A stretch of 63,401 bases of DNA, the filler included, from Nemertoderma westbladi (Eukaryota > Animalia > Xenacoelomorpha), in the NCBI GenBank assembly GCA_032718475.1. It is 3 parts of 3 records of this genome, joined end to end, with 100 filler letters (N's around TTAATTAATTAA, not from the genome) between each part and the next. Parts side by side here need not be neighbours in the genome. Positions count along the whole stretch, not along the records: positions 27,248 to 58,990 come from JAUCBJ010007919.1; positions 59,091 to 63,401 come from JAUCBJ010001778.1; 1 more part is not named here. One strand, 5' to 3'. The position numbers and the translations under genes are program-made. The notes beneath the pieces were generated by a model. That model saw nothing but the letters and a program-made list of their open reading frames with translations. It was not told where the DNA came from and did no database searches. The first letter of the stretch is position 1. Every line of letters begins with the position of its first letter. Shown here piece after piece: positions 54,281-63,401 of this stretch.

Positions 54281-56931
54281 CTCCTCATTTGAGATGTAGT
54301 GAGCTGTCCACTGTCAGACTGCTTACATGACTGTGGGGTGTGGAGTTAGGAGGCGTCTGTCATAAGTGGAGATAATTATATTAATGTATTATTATTAGTT
54401 ACTGGCATTAATAAACCGAATAAGACAATAGTCAGGCATAGTGCTGCGAACTGAAATGAACATGTTTATTGAAATGAACGTGTTTATTAGAACTGAAATC
54501 GAAACAAGTCCAATTTTCTTTCAGTTCGCAGCACTAGTCAGACAGTAACTACAACCTACTAATGCAATAGCTAGCGATATGGTAGGGTAGATACCATACA
54601 ATAAAAAATGAGCAGGGAAACAACGTGCAGCAACTTGTTGCTGCACACCTCCCACGCAGAAACAAGTTTCAGAAACAAGTTGCTCCTTGTGAGGGGGGCC
54701 TAACAGGCAGAGCAACAAAGTTGAAAAGTCAGTACTGCAGTACTGTAGTACCGGCATCTGGAACTGCGGTAGACCTACTGTGTGATGTGATGTGCTCTGG
54801 TCCAACAGTATTACTGATTCTGGGGGCAGTGGCAGTCCTGGGCCACGAGGGATATTTTATTTTTTTTATTATTTTTTTTAATGGCAGCCATGGGCCAACC
54901 GTTATCTGATTATGGGGTGATGGCAGTCCTGGGCCACGTGGGGTGTTTTTTTTTCTTTAACAGTATTTATTTTTTATGGAAATTTTTTCGTGAGTATTTG
55001 TTAAATTATTTTTTTAATGGCAGCCATGGGGGCCAATACTATTACTGATTCTGGGGGCAGTGGCAGCCCTGGGCCACGAGGGGGTATTTTATTTATTTTT
55101 ATTTTTTTTTTAATGGCAGCCATGGGCCAACTTTTACCTGATTATGGGGTGATGGCAGCCCTGGGCCACGTGGGGTGTTTTTTTTCTTTAACAGTATTTA
55201 TTTTTTATGGAAATTTTTTCGTGAGTTTTTTTTTTCCTTTATTTTTCAAGATTTTTTTACTGAGATTTTTTTAAAGATATTTTATTTTACTTATTTTTTT
55301 AAGGTATTTTTTCCACTTATTTTTTATTTAAATATTTTATCAAGAGTTTTATAGTGGCAGCCATGGGCCACCATATACTAGTGGTCAAATTTCTGGTTGA
55401 AAGTGATGAACTCTGGGTTTTGTGGGTTTTATATCTTTCAATATTAAATTATTCAATTTTAATTAATTTTTCAATGACAAATGCCAATTTTTTTTTGAAT
55501 TATTATATTAAAAGAAAAATTATTAATAGAAGGACTATTATTAATAGGAGGGCTGGGGCAATAGTGTGGGCAATATTGTGGGGCTGGTGGGTATACTAGG
55601 GGTACCACCTACCTTACCTGTCTTACTTTCTTATTTTTCTTTGGACAAGCCTGGGCTGGGATAATGTGAATTCTATCTGGTCTGGATGCTAATGTTACTT
55701 CAACAAAGTTTGCCTTGTGGCTTGCCTGAGGAGACATTTTCATTAAAGTGAATATACAATAAAATGTAAAATGTGTATAAATGTCATAGAAATGGGATCT
55801 TTGGGAGGGGGGTCACATGTTTTTATTTGGTTTTCTTATTATTTGCTTGTGTTCGTTAAAATCATAATTAAAAATTCAATATTTTGCATCAGTTATTAAG
55901 TATAGTGACCGTTTCTCTCAAGAGGGGGGGGGGGGGGGGGGGGGGGGGCACGTGCCCCCGTGCCCAAAACTCTAAAACAATATATGGCAGCCCCTCGGCT
56001 ACACCACTATTATAACTCAATAGTGGTGCGAGCATAAAACTCAAATCACGCAAATTTACAAGAACCGGGTATGTTGTCATAATATCTACAGTATCTCCAC
56101 AGGTTATTCTGCTTGACTGGGTCTGGGTGCCAGGGTGCGAATTTGCTTTTGGGACGGTGTGCTGATTGAAAGGGGGGGGGGGGGGGTGAAGGGGGGAACT
56201 TCCCCCCTTTTCACTTTGACTGATTTGCGGTTTTGTTAAATTTCTTGGATATAGTTGTTGTGATGCTAAAATTTAATTTGTCTTTGATAATGTATTATTT
56301 TGTTTCATATTGTTTAGACCTTCAATTTTCATAATATTAGTTGAGTTTTTGTTTATACATTTGCTCTATAACATATTAAATAATTTGTATTTTTTCAAAA
56401 AATTGAATGAAACTGTTATCACTATTATTATCTTACTAGAACTACTGACACTGATGTGGAACAACTAGGATATTTGCGCTTTTAGTTTTAGTAACTATAG
56501 CTACCCCTTTCTATTGTTAGTTTTGTTCTATAATCCAGCATTGTTGATTGCCTTAGCAGCCGGTGTTGTACAATTTGTATGGAAATGGAGTCTGCATTTA
56601 TAATATAGGGTGGTTCTAGGGTGGGTTCAGGGTCATCACTCGCTCGGTGTCCTGGTTGTGCATCATGGGAATTTTTTATAAATATTCGGTAATCTTACTG
56701 TATATCTTGTAAACCTGCTTGATAATGGAAATATTTGCTTTATATTATATTTTTGTTAGTGGTAGCAAAGTTTCACTTTTTATTATGTGGGACGAGCCAC
56801 AAATTCAGCTAGCCTCACGCCTTACAGTTTAGACAATTGTTTAGTTCACTTACTGCTGACTGACTGACAAGGTTCATTTGTAATAGTCTTGGCTAGGATT
56901 CTTCCCCCGGGCTCCTTCCTTTCTAGTAGGT

Positions 56932-58990
56932 TGTTTGCGCTTTTAAGACCTTTGACAGTTTAACCTGCCAAATTAGGATGTCTTTTGGATGATATATAGT
57001 CTTTAGCCTATGACGAGTATTTGATACACTACATTAGCCGAAGCCAGTCTATGCGCAATCATTCACCCGCTGGATATACCCGGGAGACTGAATTCGGAAG
57101 CTTAATGATTGATGGTGTAAGCCTACCGTATTATTCGACTGATCGTAATATATAATCTCTGACAAATATTATTCACTTTCGGGAAATATTAACAGTTCCT
57201 TTAGGACGTGGCGCTCTAAATATGTAAACAGAGTTATGACTTAAACTAGACACAACGAAAAGGCTATAGATTCACGTATATGGCGCATTCTTTAGGAGAT
57301 GCTTTGTTATCAGTCACAATCATACACAATGCTGCACAATGCTGCACACCAATCTGCCGACCTTCACTAATTTTAGTCACATACAAAGAGAATAACAGAC
57401 AATACATGTAGGGCCTATAAAATAGCATTAGATTCACTTCAAACCACTTAACATAGGTCGCAATCGTTTATCTGTAACCGGTCTCTCTAACCTTTAGTAT
57501 ATCAAGAAGGTTGGGTGTCTGACTATTGATCAGTTAAATATAATATAATCTTCCATCAATAAATATAATGAATAACCGACAGCAAAAGCAGTAATGTTAA
57601 GTAAGATATGCATGATATGTTTAGTAAGCATTGATAAGGTAACTCGATAACAGATATACGTTCTATAATTAAGCCTACTAATGTAAGACTAAAGACTGAA
57701 ACACGGAGGTGCCAAAAGCCGGTGTTCTTAGGCTCTGGGCAAAAACATAACACTGAATTCCTGAGTTTCTGTATCCACCTCCAACACAGAGACAAAAAAC
57801 GCTCTGATTGGTCGACCGAACAACGAGAGAACAAAGAAACAAAGAAATGTCGACGTGGCAATATCAGCTGTTAGCCGTCGTCATAGTAGCGACACTGTTT
57901 TCAAGAGTATCGAGCTTATTGCGTCACGAAATTGCGGATTATGTCCTCTAAAGTACAAATACAGAAGAAATGGCTTTTATGTCCTCTAAAACACCAGTAC
58001 AGCAAGGACACGGCCTTTTTATGCCTGGTAAACCAACCACAGAGTACTTTACGGGGATAATAACCGGCTAATTACGCAAAAGCTTTTACACCGCTCCCAG
58101 AAAATGGGATTTAAGTCTATAAAATATAACAAATCACAGTTTCTAAAATATAAAGATACTCTAAACAGTTAGTCTTTCTTACGCAGACGGCGTTTACGCA
58201 GTTTTTTTTTGAGGCTAGCAAGAGTCCTTTTCTCTTTGGGGCGAGCCACTTTACTAGGAGGGCTATAAATCCTGGGTGAAGGGTGCAATATGATTGCATC
58301 AGAAGGTGTAGGATTATGTTCGGGGTATCCGCCGTTTCGATATGCTTCTCCTCGAGCTGATTTTCCTCCGCTCGTAGCTGGATACGTTCATCCAAAAACT
58401 CTCGCAGAGAATGGGGTTGCCTAAGTTCGATATCTTCTTAGAGATTCTGGATTTTACAATCGAACTGAGATAAAGACAATTCGTTTATCGCTTGGACTTG
58501 CTGTTACAACTTACGTTTATCTGAACAAACGCAGGTTTCCTTTCTGATCTTTGTAGAATAGCGTTTAACTCGTTTGGTACAACGTTCTCCGCCACTTTGG
58601 TGACAGGTTATATCGTGTTAAGCCGGGACGGGACGATGGTAAGGGTTAAACGGCGATATTAAATGTCCGCGTCCCAATCCGGCTAGGTAGAATGGGCTAG
58701 TATCTAGGAAGCCCACAACTGGGGTGCCACCGACTAATTGTTCAGGTAACACTAGATCTTTGAGCAGTGAGTACAGCTCGGGAGGATCCGTCATACTAAT
58801 AGGATCAAATCAAGAGTCTGAAGTCTCACTAGGGAATGAGGAGTTCTGATCGAGTATTCCGAAACTCTGATCATTGGTTTATTTAAGGATCGTCTGAGTC
58901 GAACGAGCGTAGGTGATACATCGAACAAGTTTCGCTCGAAACTCCCGTAAGTATAGCGAGTAAAACCGTGTTTAAAGCAACGTCTCCGCG
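56932..58990 (-). mobile_element. Second, diverged BEL/Pao copy: 3' LTR (56932-58090) plus adjacent internal region up to the gap
   Basis: Colinear with 12348-14420, including the LTR/purine-tract junction ttaca|ccgctccc. Confidence 0.92.
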
Positions 58991-59090
58991 NNNNNNNNNN
59001 NNNNNNNNNNNNNNNNNNNNNNNNNNNNNNNNNNTTAATTAATTAANNNNNNNNNNNNNNNNNNNNNNNNNNNNNNNNNNNNNNNNNNNN
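58991..59090. other. Assembly gap with artificial linker
   Basis: Ns around TTAATTAATTAA. Confidence 0.95.
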
Positions 59091-60516
59091 TCTACATGAA
59101 AATTTGTAGACTTTGGCTTTAAAGTTACAGTGACCATTTGAAAAGTCTTTTTTTATTGTGAGCATGCCCTCTTGCAGTCATATGCCATGAACCATGCCAG
59201 CACCTCCTGCCTGGTGTATGTATGTATCAGCCCCTTCTGCAGTAAGTGCCCCATTGGGCGGACTGCCACATATACCAGCACATGATCTACTCCTGCCTGG
59301 AATAAATAAGTATACCTGTTGTAGTAGAGAAGGTTTGGTTCCAGGTGATTTCCACACCCTTAATAATTTATTTATCTCTTTGCTTTTCCTTTCGTATTCG
59401 GAGTTCCTCGGCAGAATTCAGAATCCTAGGTAGCAGAAGTCTTCTACATGACCAATGAGGCCAATCAACGACTACAAATTTTGGTGTTTTTAGACTAAAT
59501 TTGGTCTCTCCCATTTTAGTGCGTGCTTACTTTATGATCGGCCCCAAATTAATGTCTGCAGGAATAAAGTGGAATACAATTTGTCTACAGTAAGTACAAT
59601 CTCGAGTTTTGATTACAGGTTTAATATTCTATTGACAGAGTGGCGGTTCGATGGTAAACCCTTTCTTATCATACGAAGCGTTCGAACGAATAGGTAACGC
59701 GGGTCAGATGTTACGATGTGCTAATAGGAGTTTGGATAAATTGGAGTCGACCAATCCCGAAGATGCTAACAGGTAAGCTGAATAATCTAGATTTTCTATC
59801 ACCTTTAAATAAGGCGGGAGGTTGGTTTCTTGTGATGCATGTTCAAAAGTATAATTAATAAAAATCGAAACTAATAAAAACAATCCTAAATTATGAGTAT
59901 TCAGATGTAACCTCCCTCACAACCCCCCCCCCCCCCCCTCCCCTCCTCCGTCACACCGGTGGCTAGCGTCGACAATAGCTCTTCTATTAGCCTCGTTGTC
60001 CTTACCTCTCCCCTTCCGTGACACCCTATCATCATTTTTCTTAATTACTAATACTGTATAACTACAGCTTATAGTATTTGGGTGCGTGCAATACAATTAA
60101 TTTCATTTAAAAAAGAAGGATTAAATTGATATTGAATTGAATTTATGCTAATATTCTCAAAGGCATCATCCGGATTATAGTATATAATAGGAAATCACAA
60201 GAAATATGACTATAATTTTAATCTATGATTTAATTATTCATTGTTTTGTTTTCATAAATTGCACCATAACGCTGGAAGTAAGTACATTTATAATCCACAT
60301 CTATTATAATAATAATTATATTATAAATAATTTAGTTTACTAATTATTTCTGGCACTGAAGGATCATAAACTTTTCAACCATTTACGCACGGACGGACGT
60401 GTTACAGGTCGCCCCACCAATGTCACAAAATTTGAGTTTCATTAATTTGTTGATACAAACATTAATTGACCGCGATGTCATTTTATGAACAACCCATTAC
60501 CGCAAATACTCAAAGT

Positions 60517-62575
60517 TTAGCGGATGGCTTTAGGGAAGGTTGTACCTAAACGCCTGTAGTGATGGTGACTGATAAGTTCTACTTTCATGCCCTCTATGTC
60601 GACTTTGTTGTTGGTCTCTGGTTTGGCCATCTCGACGAGGAAGTTGATGGTGTAGACTGCGATCTCGAATTCCGGGGATGTGCCTATGAACGTACTTCCC
60701 ACCGGTTTTAAATCGCCTTTCCATGTGAACTGTATGGTTAGTAGGTGGGGTTGGTTGTCTCGCGATCGGGTCACAGGAATGTAGCCCTGGTAGTCAACAT
60801 TTCCGAGTTTCTCCTGGAGTTAAATAGAGGGGAGGTTATAGGGTGGATATTGGGAAACCAAGGAACAGTGAGGAGTTGAGTGAGATGGGAAACATTCTGA
60901 CGACATTCTGAGTATCAAATACCAGTTATTGTGAGTCTTCAATAAAATCGGAAAAAATCCGTCATCAGTTATGGAATCTATACATTTATAATGGGTGAGT
61001 TGGAAAAAGTGAGCCATCAGCCAACGGTTATAAATTGCAGTTTTCAAATTTCCTTATGTGTGTTTGTCGGTGGCTAATAATTGTAAAGCAACTAGACATT
61101 GTAATGTTACTGTTCGTTGATGATTTATTTGCAGTTCTGATGCATGAAGGCCCCGGGGTCTGATACTCACTTGTAAGTAAAACTGAATCCAGTTGTGGAA
61201 ACCAGTTATTTCTTTGTCTCGAGTCTCCCCAACAAACACGTGTTCGAATCCTGATGAATCTGGTTTGCGTCCCCTTCTTGAATACATTCTAAACCAAAGG
61301 TCGTACAAGAATTCTCTACGAAATAAAATATACTCTTGATCTTGAAGGTTCAATTGCGATGCAATCTTACTGATAGAGTGATAAGAGCAACGTGTACCGG
61401 TACTCGTTTGACACGTTCGTTACACACATGTAAGAATAATCTAGACAAGAGACATTGAGAAGTCGGCGGCGAATGTGCTTGATTGACTGGTCAAGAGCAC
61501 AATCTATTAGTTACATCGAAGACAAAAAAAATCGGTTTTTGCCCGCTGTGTCTCCGGAATATCTGTTAATGAGTTGGTTAATTAATCATCTCTGGTTCAT
61601 ATGGGAAAAATATTAAATTATTAAATAATTTCAAATGGAAGCTGTTTGTTTTTCTGTACGTAATGCGTAAAATTGCCTTTTATCTTCCATTGCTCCACGT
61701 TTCACAATTGTACTGGAAGATGATCCCTATAGTTCTAAATACTGGTAGATGATCCCTATAGTTCTAAATACTAAAAATTAGAGCATGGTTGCTGAGAGCG
61801 ATGGTACATCCGTCTTTTTGAGGAAAATAAGCAAAGTGTATTTGAAAACAGAAAAAAACTTATATATTTATTCTTGAAACGTCAAGTTGTTAAAAGGACA
61901 ATTCTGTGGAATAAAGTGCTGCCCACTCATTTAGTCACACTCTGCACACTCATGTCAGTGTCTGTCACAGATATAGTTTAGCTTCATATGAGGCGGCCTA
62001 CCTGAATTCTTTCTTATCCGCGGGGACTAAGTCCTGCTCGACAAGCCATTTGTGCGCCTCAGCTAATACAGCAGTATCTAAGATGGCGTCCAAAAATGCG
62101 TAGTTTTCATCTATTTCTTCGGAAGTTACCTAAAGAAAAAGTAGTCTAATGTAAAAAAAAAAGTAAAGTAAAGTAAATGGGTTTGGTTTAATTTTATAAT
62201 TATAATACATCCATTGATAGGCCAACATAAAGCGATCGTTATTGGTTAGGCATTTAGGTACCGTACAGCCGTACAGGTATCGGCGAACAGGCCTACATCG
62301 TACTACCATAAACTAACCGTTTCCGGGACTCCATTCTCGCTCGAGTAGTTATCCAGCAGTGCGACGAACCTTCTATACGTCTGTTTCTCGAACACCGACG
62401 GTGCAACCCACGCGAACAGCGGTCGTTCTGCTTTATCCGTGCGCTCCCGAGACCGCGTCTTACCTTGCAGGTCTAACTCGTAATCGCTGCCAGGGAAACA
62501 GCAGTTCGAATCGATATTCCAAAGTTTGGTGAAAATATCGGATAAATCGGTGTTTATGTCAGTGTGCGCTGACAT
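60517..62575 (-). CDS. ENDOU: Poly(U)-specific endoribonuclease EndoU (XendoU/PP11 family), 4 exons (62318-62575, 62002-62129, 61171-61315, 60517-60813)
   Basis: [44 protein letters not shown]; GT-AG junctions in phase. Confidence 0.93.
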
Positions 62576-63401
62576 TTTGTGAACCTTTCTCGTTTTTCTG
62601 GCTATTTCTGAACAAGCAAAACCTAGACCTTACAGTTGATATTACCCTATTACTCTAGACTCATAGTAATATGGTAATATGTTGAGAATCGGACTTCAGC
62701 AGTTAGGCCTATATTACACCCACTAGACTTAGTTGTTTCAGTCTGAAGTAAAACATCATTTTGAATTAACCTCCAATCTATACTTCATCTATAAAAGTAG
62801 GAAAAGTATTTTAAATGGGAATCATCCATGACTACTAGAATTTCATGTGTAGAGCATACCAATACAATTTACACCTTCTGACTATTAGGCCACCAGCTCA
62901 AAATTATATAATAAAAAAAAATATAAATTTTTCTTCGGCCGTCTGACAAAGGATTACGCGCGAAGTTTGGCTATTTATTTCCAGTGCTGTCCCCCCTGAA
63001 CTGTACTCCTTAGAGGAAACTCGCACTCATAATATATTCACTAATAATATAGATTGCCTGTAGTATAATATAAGAATAATAAATACCACACCCAATATTA
63101 ACGCAATGCCGCATTTGGTAGGCGAAGTGCAAGATGGTGCCCATCCTTTATTACTGCCTTGCCCGGTTGTTACAGCTAGAGGATGCTGGTTGCTTGTATC
63201 ACAGTCGTAACTACACGTGGGGCCGCCGGGGATGACTTGGATTCTCTAGACCATGTATTGAACTAGACATATTACTTTATTTTATTGGCATATTTTTTAT
63301 TATACTGGCATTTTATTTAAAATGATTTGCCAAAAATTATTATACCATAATTATTTAATTATACACACCTGGAGAATGTGCTGGAGATATCTAATTCCCT
63401 T

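Larger units (their letters stand above)
47691..55377. mobile_element. IS3EU-like DNA transposon with long TIRs, a DDE transposase and alpha-kinase cargo
   Basis: Ends TATGGTGGCCCATGGCTGCC...GGCAGCCATGGGCCACCATA(TA); inverted repeats of about 300 bp or more; CTAGTG flanks both sides (47685-47690 and 55378-55383). Confidence 0.8.

Noticed and set aside
47602-56010. Outer hAT-like element (CAGTGGCGGATCTAGG ... GGCTACACCACTA) enclosing the IS3EU-like transposon
   Set aside because: The two ends are not good reverse complements and I could not find an 8-bp TSD.

Overview
Animal (invertebrate-type, AT-rich, intron-containing) genomic scaffold with two N-gaps, each holding an artificial TTAATTAATTAA linker. 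Host genes: intronless ZNF830-like gene (+), last three exons of a creatine-kinase-type phosphagen kinase (+), a 7-exon alpha-tubulin (-), a Boule/DAZ-family RRM gene with an uninterrupted ORF (-) and a 4-exon EndoU ribonuclease (-). Most of the remainder is nested mobile DNA: the 5' end of a CR1/L2-type LINE whose ORF2 follows ORF1 in frame after one TGA-CTA; several 5'-truncated RTE LINEs; hAT- and piggyBac-type MITEs with target-site duplications (TSDs); and a Penelope-like element with a minimal hammerhead ribozyme, split by an RTE and by a young 12.5-kb BEL/Pao LTR element that lacks RT, RNase H and integrase. The two most notable items are (i) a TIR- and TSD-bounded IS3EU-like DNA transposon (47691-55377) carrying a complete but stop-disrupted alpha-kinase gene convergent with its transposase, and (ii) a type I hammerhead ribozyme fused directly behind a tRNA-like B-box (about 5343-5560). 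All calls come from reading motifs by eye; no database search was run.
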